Positions 54,812-64,000 of a stretch of 64,000 bases of DNA are shown in pieces. The notes beneath the pieces were generated by a model. It did no database searches, was not told the DNA's origin, and saw nothing but the letters and a program-made list of their open reading frames with translations. The DNA lies in assembly GCA_963829055.1 (NCBI GenBank), contig CAWHHI010000012.1:288001-352000 (forward strand), in the 5' to 3' direction. Positions within the stretch are counted from its first letter, which is position 1. Each line of letters opens with the position of its first letter. The position numbers and the translations under genes were made by a program. This DNA comes from an uncultured Gemmatimonadaceae bacterium (GTDB lineage: Bacteria; Gemmatimonadota; Gemmatimonadetes; Gemmatimonadales; Gemmatimonadaceae).

Positions 54812-55185
54812 TCATGGTGCGCTGGTTCCCTCCCGTCCGTAGCGGTCTTTGAGTCGAACGACGTCGTCGAGCTCGGGCGTGCTCACTTCGAGCACGTCAC
54901 AGTCGGTGATCGCTTCCATGTAATGCACGGTGCCCGGCGTTATGCGGAAGGACTGGCCGGCCTCGAGCCGCATGTCGCGCAGTTCGCCGTCGACGCTTGA
55001 CCCAGTAGACGAGCTCGCCCGGACAGCAGATGCACGGTCTCGTCCTTCTGGTTGTGGTACTGCACCGACAGTGCCTGACCGGCGTTGATGTGCAGCATCT
55101 TCCCGCAATACCGGTCGGTGTGCGCCCAGATTGTTTCGTGTCCCCAGGGTTTGGGAACGTGTTTCACGTCGACGGGACCGGACAT
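54812..55185 (-). CDS. Cupin (mannose-6-phosphate isomerase-like), frameshifted near 55000-55025
   Basis: KPWG, LSVQYHNQKDET, PGTVH, EVSTPELDDVVRL.D.YGR. Confidence 0.85.
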
Positions 55186-55217
55186 GTGGGTCCGGGTAAA
55201 GTTGGGCGGAAATATAC

Positions 55218-55316
55218 GGGAACTGGGAACTGGGGACTGGGAATCAGAGGCTGCTTGCAGCGAGCTACGAGCGAGTAGCGCGCAGCCCGGTTCCCAGTCC
55301 CCGGTCCCCAGTCCCC
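55218..55316. repeat. Inverted GGGRACT heptamer arrays
   Basis: GGGAACTGGGAACTGGGGACTGGGAA ... TTCCCAGTCCCCGGTCCCCAGTCCCC between divergent genes. Confidence 0.75.
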
Positions 55317-55349
55317 GCAGTTGGCCTGCTTTCTGCCTGCTCAGGCCGC

Positions 55350-57135
55350 ATGATCCTCGCGCCGCGCTTCCTGCCACGCCTGGCAGCGACCGTCGGGCTG
55401 TTCACTCGCTACGGGCTCCGTGACTTCGCCCGGCAACAAGGGCTCATCGAGCTCTCGCCCGACGAAGCGGCTGGCCCGCGACGCCACCGAAGGCGACGGC
55501 GCCTCCAATCGCGCGGTCGCATTCCGCAAGCGACTCGTGGAGCTCGGACCCGCGTACGTGAAGCTCGGCCAGGTCCTCTCGACGCGCCCCGATCTCGTAC
55601 CCGAGGCGTACATCGAGCAGTTGCAGCAGCTGCAGGACGACGTCGCACCCGTACCGTTCGCCGAGATCGAGCAGGTCATCCACGACCAGATCGGCGGCCG
55701 GATCAGCAAGTTGTTCGCGACGTTCGACCACACGCCGCTCGCGTCGGCGAGCCTTGGGCAGGCGCATGCGGCGACGCTCCGCGACGGCCGAGCGGTCGTC
55801 GTGAAGGTGCAGCGGCCCGATATCCGGCCGATCCTCGCCGACGACATCGAGTTCTTCCGCGAGCTGGCCAAGTTCCTGTCCGCGCACCTTCGCGCTGGCG
55901 CCCGAGTCGACATGGTCGGCGTCGTACAGCAGCTCGAGCGCGCACTCGCCGACGAGTTGGACTACCGTGTGGAAGCACGCAACATGGCGCTGTTCCGCCG
56001 ATCCCTCGCCGAGTTTCCGCGACTGCTCGTGCCGAAAGTCGTCGAAGCGTACACGCGCGAGCGCGTCCTAACGAGTGAGCGCGTGCGCGGCGTGAAGGTC
56101 AACGAGATTCCACCGCTCGCTCGGCTCGACACGGATCTCTCGCGCCTCGCTGACGAGTTAGGCAAGGCGTACCTCAAGCAGATCGCGATCGACGGACATT
56201 TCCACGCCGACCCGCATCCGGGAAACATCTTCCTCGTCCTCTCCGCCGATGAGAACCCGCGCACGCCGGCGGACATCGTCGCCAACGAGCGACGGGTCGA
56301 GCAGCGCAACACCGAGTCGCCGCTCGCGAAGCTGGAGCAGGTCGCGCAGCGTGAGGCAGCGCCCGCGGCGCCTCCGGACGAGCCACGTCTCGCGATCATC
56401 GACTTCGGCATGACCGCTCGGCTCTCGCCGCCGATGCGCGATCGCATCGTTCGCCTGTTGTTCGCCATGGCCGAGAATCGTGGCGACGACGCCGGTGAGA
56501 CGCTGATCGAGATCGGCGAGCCGATCGCCGACTTCGACCGCACGGCGTTCATTCGCGAGATCGCGTCGCTCATCGCGCACAATCACGAGCGCGCCGTCGG
56601 CGACATGCACGCGGGCCGAGTGCTCTACGACGCGATCAGCATCGCGTATCAGCGCGGCCTCAGGCTTCCCGCCGAGCTCACACTGCTGGCCAAGACGCTG
56701 TTCAGCCTCGACGCGATCACGCGCGCCCTCGATCCGGCCTACAACCCCACCGAAGCCATCCGGTCGTACACGGCCGAGATCATCAACGACCGGGCGCGGC
56801 GTGACTTCTCCCCGGCGCGGCTCGCCCGCGCGGTCGCCCAGTCCACTGAGCTGATCAACGCGCTGCCGCATCGCCTCGATCTCATCACGCAGCACCTGGC
56901 GGCGAACGACATGAGTCTCAAGGTCGACGCGCCCGAGATGTCGACCGTGCTCAAGGGAATGCAGAAGATCGCCAACCGCATCTTCACCGGACTGGTACTC
57001 ACCGGGCTCCTGATCGCGAGTGGGCTCTTGATCAATCAGCGGCCGCGACTCGGCACCACCGGCTTTCTGCTTGCCGGGGGCATCGGGCTCTACATGGTGA
57101 TCTCGATACTCGTCTCCGATCGTCGGCGTGATTAG
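55350..57135 (+). CDS. ABC1/UbiB (AarF) atypical kinase, frameshifted near 55470
   Basis: LGPAYVKLGQ, ASASLGQ, VKVQRP, HADPHPGN, DFGM. Confidence 0.9.
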
Positions 57136-57187
57136 AGCCCGTTGACGACTGGGCAGGACCGCGGTTGGTCTCGCGAGTAACACGTCG

Positions 57188-57320
57188 TGAGTTGTCAGTC
57201 CTCGGTCATCAGGTTTCAGTCCCGCCTGGCGAACGGCTACGAACCGCCGTCGCTGCGACTCGCTGGTACTGACGACTCGACTGATGACTGATGACCGACG
57301 ACTGACGCACTGAGGACTCA
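57188..57320. repeat. Inverted ACTGAYG-type heptamer arrays
   Basis: TGTCAGTCCTCGGTCATCAG ... ACTGATGACTGATGACCGACGACTGACG..CTGAGGACTCA. Confidence 0.6.
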
Positions 57321-57589
57321 GGACGGGCGCGAACGTCGCATGCCTGTTCCGCGACCCGTTTCAGCTGTGACGTCCGCACTCAGTGGTTCCGACCTGAGCC
57401 GCGAACCGACACCCCGCCGCCGTCCAGCGTCGCCGCTACGTAGCGGCGGCGCAACCTCGCGAAGTGGCCTGCCCCGTATTGTGACGTTGGGGCTTGAGGG
57501 CAGACCGCCCCATCAAGCCTATTTCGTCTACGCCGCCCTTCATGTTCGGCGTTCCCGCGCCGCGCCTTCGCCCCGACCGCTTCCATCCG

Positions 57590-59999
57590 ATGCTCGATCA
57601 TCTGCGTTCCGATCTTCGCTCCGCCTTCCGGCGGCTCCGCTCGTCACCAGGGTACGCGACGGTCTCCGTCATCACGTTAGGCCTCGGGATCGGGGCCAGC
57701 ACGGCCATCTTCAGCGCCGTGGACGGCGTGCTGCTCAAGTCGCTGCCCTATCGCGACCCGTCGAGCCTCGTGCAGATCTCCGAGACGAATGTGCCGCGGA
57801 ATTTTCCGTCGTTCCCCGTGACACCGGCGAATCTCGCCGATTGGCGCACGCAGGCTCGCTCGTTCTCAGGACTCGCCGCATCGCGTCCGCGACGCGCGAT
57901 TCTGACAACGGCCAACGGCGAGCCGGAACGCGTGCCCGCAGCTGGCGTCAGCACGAACTACTTCCAGCTCCTCGGCGTCGGCACGCACATCGGGCGAACA
58001 TTCGTGGCGTCGGACAGCCTGCCGTCGGCCGAGCGGCCGGTGATCCTCGCGTACAGCTTCTGGCTGCGCCGCTTCGGCGCGGACTCGACACTCATCGGAA
58101 AGCCCATCACGCTCGACGGATCACCGTTCACGGTCATTGGCGTGCTCTCGCCGAGCGTGCGTACGTCGACGCAGTTGTGGACGCCCCTCACGCTACCGCC
58201 GCAGATCATCGCGGATCGGAACGCGCACATGCTCTCGGTTATCGCCCGCGTTGCACCCGGGCGATCGCTCGACGCGGTGCGCCGAGAAATGAGCGCCATC
58301 AGCACGCGGCTCGCTACCGACTACCCCGGCTCGAACAAGGATTGGACGGTCACGATCGTGCCGCTGCTCGACCAGATCGTCGGCAAGCTGCGCCCAGCGT
58401 TGATGGCGTTGATGGCCGCCGTCGTGTTCGTCCTGCTCATTGCCTGCGCGAACGTCGCGAACCTGACGCTCGCCCGCGGCTACGCACGCGCGCGAGAGAT
58501 CGCGGTCCGTGGCGCGCTCGGCGCTGGACGCCGCCGCATTGCCGCACAGATGCTGACAGAGAACGCCGTTATCGCGTTGTTAGGCGGCGCCGTCGGCGTT
58601 GGAATCGCCGCGCTCGGAGTGAAGCTGCTTCGCACGCTCGCACCGACGAATCTGCCGAGGGTCGACGAGATCGCGGTCGACGGACGCGCGCTCGCGTTCG
58701 GCCTGCTCGCCTCGCTCGGCACGGCGGTCGTCTTCGGACTGCTTCCCGCGCTGCAGGGCTCTCGGATGGACCTGTCCAACGCGCTCCGGGAGGAAGGCCG
58801 AGGCGCGTCGATGAGCCGGCGCGCGCGCCTCGTGCAGCGCACGCTGGTCGTCACGCAGATCGCGTTCGCGATGGTACTGCTCTCCGGCGCGACGCTGCTG
58901 TTCCGAAGCTTCGTCTCGCTCGCGAATCGACCGCTCGGATTCGACACCGCGCAGATCGCGACCGCGCAGCTCACGCTTCCGCGACGCGCGTACCCGCGTG
59001 AAGTCGATCAGGTGCGGTACGCGACGACGCTGCTCGAGCGGCTTCAGTCCGAGCGCGGCGTCGAGGCTGCGACGATCTCCGGTGGGATGCCAGGCGGAAA
59101 TTTCACGAATCTGTTCCTGCTCTCGGTCGTCGGGCGACCTGAGCCGGACCCGTCCAACCTCCCGGTCGCGCTCTTCATTCCCGCAACGCCTAACTACTTC
59201 AAGACGCTCGGCATGTCACTCAAGGCCGGCCGCGTTGTTCAGCGATCGGGACGACGCCAGCGCCCCTCCGGTCGCCATCGTCGACGAGCTGTTCGTGCGC
59301 CGCTACCTCGGCGCCGGTGACCCACTCACGCGTCGCGTTATGCTCGCCATCGATGATTCGATTCCCCGTCAGATCATCGGTGTGGTCGCGACAGTGAAGC
59401 AGAACGGCGTCGATGGCGATGAGCAGCCGGCCACCTACCTGCCCTTCGCCCAGGCGCCATCCGCCGACATGAGCGTGCTGGTGCGAGGTAGTGGTGGTGT
59501 CGCGCCACTCGGGGCGATCAAGAGCGTGACGCGCGCGGCAGACCCGGATGTGCCTGTGTATGACATCCAGTCGCTGTCGGATCGCGTGGCCATCGCCGTC
59601 GGGCCGACGCGCTTCTACACCGTGCTCGCGAGCGTCTTCGCGATCATCGCGGTGACGCTCGGTGCCATCGGCGTCTATGGTGTGCTCGCCGACACCGTCT
59701 CTCGCCGACGTCGCGAGCTCGGGATCCGCGTCGCGCTCGGGGCGGCGCCCAGGACGCTCGTTGGCGGCGTGCTCATGGACGGCGCTCGCCTCGCGGGTGT
59801 TGGCGTCGGCGTCGGACTGCTGGCGAGTGTGTGGACCGGCGGCGCGTTGCGGGCGCTACTCGTGGACGTCGGCGCGCGCGATCCGATCGCGCTTGGAGGG
59901 TCTGCCGTCATCTTCGCAGTGGTCGCGCTCGTCGCGTCGTTAGGCCCGGCGGCCCGGGCGGTTCGTGCCGATCCCATCGAGGCGCTCCGGGCGGACTGA
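57590..59999 (+). CDS. ABC transporter permease (ADOP/MacB-FtsX duplicated type), frameshifted near 59235
   Basis: TLGLGIGASTAIFS, LLIACANVANL, REIAVRGALGA, RELGIRVALGA, ADPIEALRAD. Confidence 0.9.
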
Positions 60000-60104
60000 G
60001 CCCGTCCAGAGCGGCGTCCGTCAACAGCGGCGGCCTCTTCCGCTGCGTGCAGCGCGGTTTCTTAACGCGTGTCGACCTCTGCCGTGAACCCAGTCCCGCT
60101 CAGC

Positions 60105-60980
60105 ATGCGTCTACGCACCGTTGCGACCATCGCGCTCGCTCTTCCGTCGTCCGCTCTCGCTCAGATCCGCGCCAGCGAGATCGGCACGATGTCGCAGATC
60201 ATTGACGGCACCAAGCTGACGATGGAATACTCTCGCCCACGCACGCGCGGCCGGGAGCCCCTCTTCGGCGGACGCGTGGTGCGATGGAACGAGGTGTGGA
60301 CGCCAGGCGCGAACTGGGCAACGACCCTCGAGACGAACAAACACTTCACGCTCAACGGCCGGCCGGTGCCGAAGGGCAAGTATTCCGTCTGGCTCATCGT
60401 GAAGCAGAACGCCGACTGGACCATGATTCTCGATCCGCGCGTGCGTCGATATCACGAGGACCCACCCGACTCGACCGGCGACCAGATCCGATTCCCGGTT
60501 CGCCCGACGACGGGCCCGTTCGCTGAGGTGCTGACGTGGTCGGTGCCGGCCGTGACGGCGACTGGCGGGACACTGGCGATGAACTGGGGCACCACCGCGA
60601 TCGCAATGGACGTGGCGGTCGAGCCGTCGTTCCGGACGACGATGGACGCAGCAGACGCGGCGCCGTTCCTCGGGCGCTACGACTACACGTCTCTGATTGC
60701 GCCGGACAGCGGGAAGCGGAGCGTACTGATCGTGACGTACGAGGACAGCACACTCAAGGGCCGCTGGGAGCCTAACGACCCGTACTTCCGGAAGTTCGCG
60801 CTGATCCGCATTGCGCCGAACTGGTTCGCGCCGGGCGTGTATGACGAGAACGGCCGGATCTACGAGGTCTACAAGCCCGAGATGACGTTCGAATTCACCG
60901 TCACGGCAGGCAAGGCTGTTTCAGTCGAAGAACGTGGTGAGGACGATAAGGTGGAAGCTACCGGCAAGCGGAAGCCGTAA
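60105..60980 (+). CDS. DUF2911 domain secreted protein
   Basis: YSRPRTRGR..FG, VWTPGAN, GKYSVW motifs; signal peptide. Confidence 0.85.
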   Translation: MRLRTVATIALALPSSALAQIRASEIGTMSQIIDGTKLTMEYSRPRTRGREPLFGGRVVRWNEVWTPGANWATTLETNKHFTLNGRPVPKGKYSVWLIVKQNADWTMILDPRVRRYHEDPPDSTGDQIRFPVRPTTGPFAEVLTWSVPAVTATGGTLAMNWGTTAIAMDVAVEPSFRTTMDAADAAPFLGRYDYTSLIAPDSGKRSVLIVTYEDSTLKGRWEPNDPYFRKFALIRIAPNWFAPGVYDENGRIYEVYKPEMTFEFTVTAGKAVSVEERGEDDKVEATGKRKP

Positions 60981-61031
60981 GTTCGATGCGACTACCGCCG
61001 TCCGCCTTCCTCCCTCCGCCTTCCGCGCCGC

Positions 61032-61580
61032 CTAGCGGCCGCTCCTCGCCAGCATGCGCGACCGCAGAATGCCGAGCCGGCGGCGCACGGAGCCGTCCAT
61101 CACGCGATCGCCAACCCGGACGATGATACCGCCCAGAATGTTCGGGTTGATGCGCACCTGCGGGACGACCGTCTTGCCTAACGTGTGACTCAGCTGGCGG
61201 GCGATCTCGGCCCGCTGCTCGTCATCGACGTCCCTGGCGAGCGTCACCTGCGCGTGGATCCGCCCCTCCACCTCATCCACCAAATCGCGATACTCGTTCG
61301 CGATGTCGGGGATGAGCATCTGGCGCCGATTCATCACCAGGCGCTGCAGGAACCGCAGGAACAGGCGCGGCGCACGATCCTCGTACGCCTTGGACAGCAC
61401 GGCGTTCTTCTCGTCGGCCGAGACCTGCGGGGCCTCGAGAAACCGGCGAAGGCGATCGTCGCGCTCCATCGCATTCGCGACGTCGTCGATCAGCCGACCC
61501 CAGGCCGGCAGGTCGTCCGCCTTCCGCGCCAGCATGAGCAGCGCCTCGGCATAGTTGCGCGCGATCGTTGCGTCGCGCAT
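61032..61580 (-). CDS. atpH: ATP synthase F1 subunit delta
   Basis: ARNYAEAL, ILGGIIVRVGDRVMDGS. Confidence 0.95.
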   Translation of the reverse strand: MRDATIARNYAEALLMLARKADDLPAWGRLIDDVANAMERDDRLRRFLEAPQVSADEKNAVLSKAYEDRAPRLFLRFLQRLVMNRRQMLIPDIANEYRDLVDEVEGRIHAQVTLARDVDDEQRAEIARQLSHTLGKTVVPQVRINPNILGGIIVRVGDRVMDGSVRRRLGILRSRMLARSGR

Positions 61581-62170
61581 CAGCCGTGGCCTCGCGCCGA
61601 CGTCGGCACGGTGGAGAGGAAGCTCTCGACGAGCTTGCGGTTCGTCTGATCGTCGAGGTTTCGCTCGATGACTCGTGAGGCGCCGGCGAGCGCGAGATCC
61701 ACGGCCTCGCGGCGCAGATCAGCAATGGCGCGCAGACGCTCGTTGTTGATCTCGACGCGAGCGCGCTCCAGCAATTCCTGCTGCTGGTGCTTCGTCTGCT
61801 CGAGCATGTCGCTGCGGAGCTTCTCACCCGTCGTGCGCCCCTCGGCGATCACGCGCTGCGCCTCGGCGCGTGCGGCCTCGAGTGCCTTGATCTGCTCGGC
61901 CAACTGACGTGCGGCCTCCTCGCGGTCCCGCTTCGCGCCCTGGATCGCTTCTTCGAGCGCGCGCTCGCGCGCTTCGACTGCGGCCGTCAACGGCCGAAAC
62001 GCAAAGCGCCGAAGTACAAAGAACAGAACGACGAAGATGATGAGCGTCCAGAACATCAGCCCCGTGTTGGGCGCGAGCAGGTTCACCGGCTCATGTCCCG
62101 CCGATTCCTGCGCGATGAGCGGGGTAGCGGCGGCGAGCGAACCGGCGGTTGCAGTCAGTAGAGAGCGCAT
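61580..62170 (-). CDS. atpF: ATP synthase F0 subunit b
   Basis: GLMFWTLIIF TM followed by coiled coil; operon position. Confidence 0.93.
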   Translation of the reverse strand: MRSLLTATAGSLAAATPLIAQESAGHEPVNLLAPNTGLMFWTLIIFVVLFFVLRRFAFRPLTAAVEARERALEEAIQGAKRDREEAARQLAEQIKALEAARAEAQRVIAEGRTTGEKLRSDMLEQTKHQQQELLERARVEINNERLRAIADLRREAVDLALAGASRVIERNLDDQTNRKLVESFLSTVPTSARGHG

Positions 62171-62264
62171 TGGTGACCGTGTATGAAGACTCGGGCTCGT
62201 CGGCCCATGCATGTGACGAAAAAGCATGCAGGCGCCTCTCCGGGGAGACGCCTGCATCAAACCG

Positions 62265-62537
62265 TTAGAGCTTGCCAGCGATCTGGAACGCGATGACAGC
62301 CGCGAACAGCGCGACGCCTTCGATGAGCGCCGCGAGAATCAGCGCCGCTGTCTGAATGCGGCCAGCCGCTTCCGGCTGACGCGCCATGCCTTCAACCGCC
62401 TGGCCGCCAATGCGACCGATACCGAGGCCCGCGCCGATGACGGCGAGACCAGCGCCCAGACCAGCGCCGATGAAGCCCAGTCCGCGGCTGTTGCTCGTCG
62501 CTTCCGCGGCAACCTGGAGCAAGGAGTACATGGTCAT
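62265..62537 (-). CDS. atpE: ATP synthase F0 subunit c
   Basis: GAGLGIG, ARQPE, ALIEG. Confidence 0.96.
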   Translation of the reverse strand: MTMYSLLQVAAEATSNSRGLGFIGAGLGAGLAVIGAGLGIGRIGGQAVEGMARQPEAAGRIQTAALILAALIEGVALFAAVIAFQIAGKL

Positions 62538-62694
62538 GAAATTCTCCGAACCGTTGAAATTCGAACTGCATTCAGCCCCGCGCCGTTAGGCGCTGCTCGT
62601 CCTCGAGGCCCGGGCCTCAACGAGCTTCTCCAGCCGCTCGGCTGGATACCACCCTCGCGCTGGAGCGCCTGGCTCACGAGGGTCGAACAGTGCG

Positions 62695-62766
62695 GTCATT
62701 CCGAGCGAGCGGAGCCGGGTGCCCACCGCCGGGTGGGCGCTCGAGGCATCGTTCGCTCGGAATGAC
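62695..62766. repeat. GTCATTCCGAGCG-family palindromic element in the atpB-atpE spacer
   Basis: GTCATTCCGAGCGA ... TCGCTCGGAATGAC. Confidence 0.8.
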
Positions 62767-62770
62767 AAAC

Positions 62771-63779
62771 TCAGTGGCCGCCCTCTCGAATAAGCCCGAT
62801 GAACACACTCGACAGGAGCGTGAAGATGTAGGCCTGCAGTAACGCCACGAAGAGCTCGAGCATCATGATGAGGACCGCCATGACGAACGGCGCGGTGGCG
62901 ACAAGCCAGCTGTTGAAGACGAAGATGAGTCCGATGAGCGCGAGCACGACGATGTGTCCAGCCGTCATATTCGCGAACAATCGGATCGCGAGCGCGAAGG
63001 GCTTCGTGAACTTGCTCAGTATTTCCACTGGCGTCATGATCACGAACATCGGAATGCGCATCAGCCAGCGGCAGTTCCTTGTTCCAGTAGAACACCGTAT
63101 TCAGATAGCCGACGCCTTGCGCCTTCATGCCCGCGATCTCGACGACGATGAACGTGATGATCGCGAGCGTCGCCGTAACAGAGATATTCCCGGTCGCGGT
63201 GGACAGGTACGGGATGAGTCCGAGCAGGTTCGCCGTGAGAATGAAGAAGAAGAGCGTCAGGCCGAATGGCACGAACGCGTTGCCATGATGGCCAACGTTA
63301 GGCAGGACAACCTCGTTCCGCAGATATAACACCATCGACTCGATTCCAGCAGCGAACCCTTTGGGGTGGCCTGTCTGCTGCGTGTGGCGCACGTGCGCTT
63401 GCGCTGAGCCCACGAGGACCAGCGTCGCGATGGTGGCCGCGAGCAGCAGCATCACGACGTGCTTGGTCGGCGAGAAGTTGACCTCGAACCGGCCAATCTG
63501 CACCGGATCCCACAGCGGTCCGCATTCGCCGTTCGCCGTGTGACGACCGAGGCAGACCTCCTTCGACCAATGCGAGTTCACCCACGGGAACTCCAGCTCG
63601 TAGGAATCCGTGATGTGCGGCGTGATGATGTCGACGGCTTCGGCAGTCGGCTCCTGCGCCGTCAACCGTGAGGTCGCGAGCACACTACCACCGAGCGCCA
63701 TGATCGCAGCGACCAGCAGGAAGCGGAGTCCGGAAGCGCGCCGAAGCGACGAGGCGAGGAGTCGGTCGAACGATCTCAT
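62771..63779 (-). CDS. atpB: ATP synthase F0 subunit a, frameshifted near 63062
   Basis: [36 protein letters not shown] across two frames. Confidence 0.93.
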
Positions 63780-63783
63780 GAAA

Positions 63784-64000
63784 TCAGCTCTGGAGGAGCA
63801 GCGGTTCGATCAGCGTCGAAATGAAGAAGAAGGCGGCCAGGCTGATGAGCGCGGCGCCTGATGGAAGTCCGAGTGCCTTCACGAACACGAGCGCGTACAC
63901 GCCGAGCACGGCAAAGCGCATGATCGCACCGATGCCATATCCCGCGATGACGTTCGTCTTGGCGGACAGCTTGATCACCGCGAACGTTAGCACTTGAACG
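63784..64000 (-). CDS. atpI: ATP synthase accessory protein I-like, 3' part
   Basis: Hydrophobic ORF immediately upstream of atpB, ending FFISTLIE. Confidence 0.6.
   Translation of the reverse strand, partial: VQVLTFAVIKLSAKTNVIAGYGIGAIMRFAVLGVYALVFVKALGLPSGAALISLAAFFFISTLIEPLLLQS

Noticed and set aside
57340..57545. Hairpins upstream of the ADOP permease as a possible riboswitch
   Set aside because: Stems are present (e.g. GGCTTGA...TCAAGCC) but I recognise no aptamer consensus
63050..63075. Programmed frameshift or pseudogenisation of atpB
   Set aside because: Core gene with both halves intact, no slippery site, and many similar indels elsewhere point to sequencing error

Overview
High-GC (roughly two-thirds G+C by eye) bacterial chromosome window. 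Gene content and order suggest Gemmatimonadota (inference). It is mostly housekeeping DNA: UbiD and UbiE/MenG quinone genes, a SigW-like ECF sigma/anti-sigma envelope-stress operon, MATE/Mrp/NifU/DHH genes, an amino-acid permease, guaB, gpmI, a fdhD-mobA-mobB-dacB-moeA cluster, fadF-like/etfAB/acyl-CoA dehydrogenase genes, icd, cstA-S9 peptidase-yjiX, an FAD oxidoreductase/monooxygenase cluster, an ABC1 kinase, an ADOP-type ABC permease and the start of the atp operon. Many genes, including atpB, carry small frameshifts that are probably sequencing errors. No tRNA, rRNA, CRISPR array, prophage or transposase was found. Highlights: (1) a c-di-GMP-I (GEMM) riboswitch whose P1 stem buries the Shine-Dalgarno of an operon of two M15 peptidoglycan peptidases, next to an active L,D-transpeptidase, a catalytically dead paralogue and an SH3 protein; (2) a non-palindromic octamer GCCTAACG/CGTTAGGC iterated about 31 times on both strands, mostly inside genes using rare codons; (3) an FdhD-MobA fusion whose frame depends on the copy number of a 7-bp repeat; (4) several families of palindromic intergenic elements, including a 420-bp nested hairpin; (5) a decayed LpxR paralogue.
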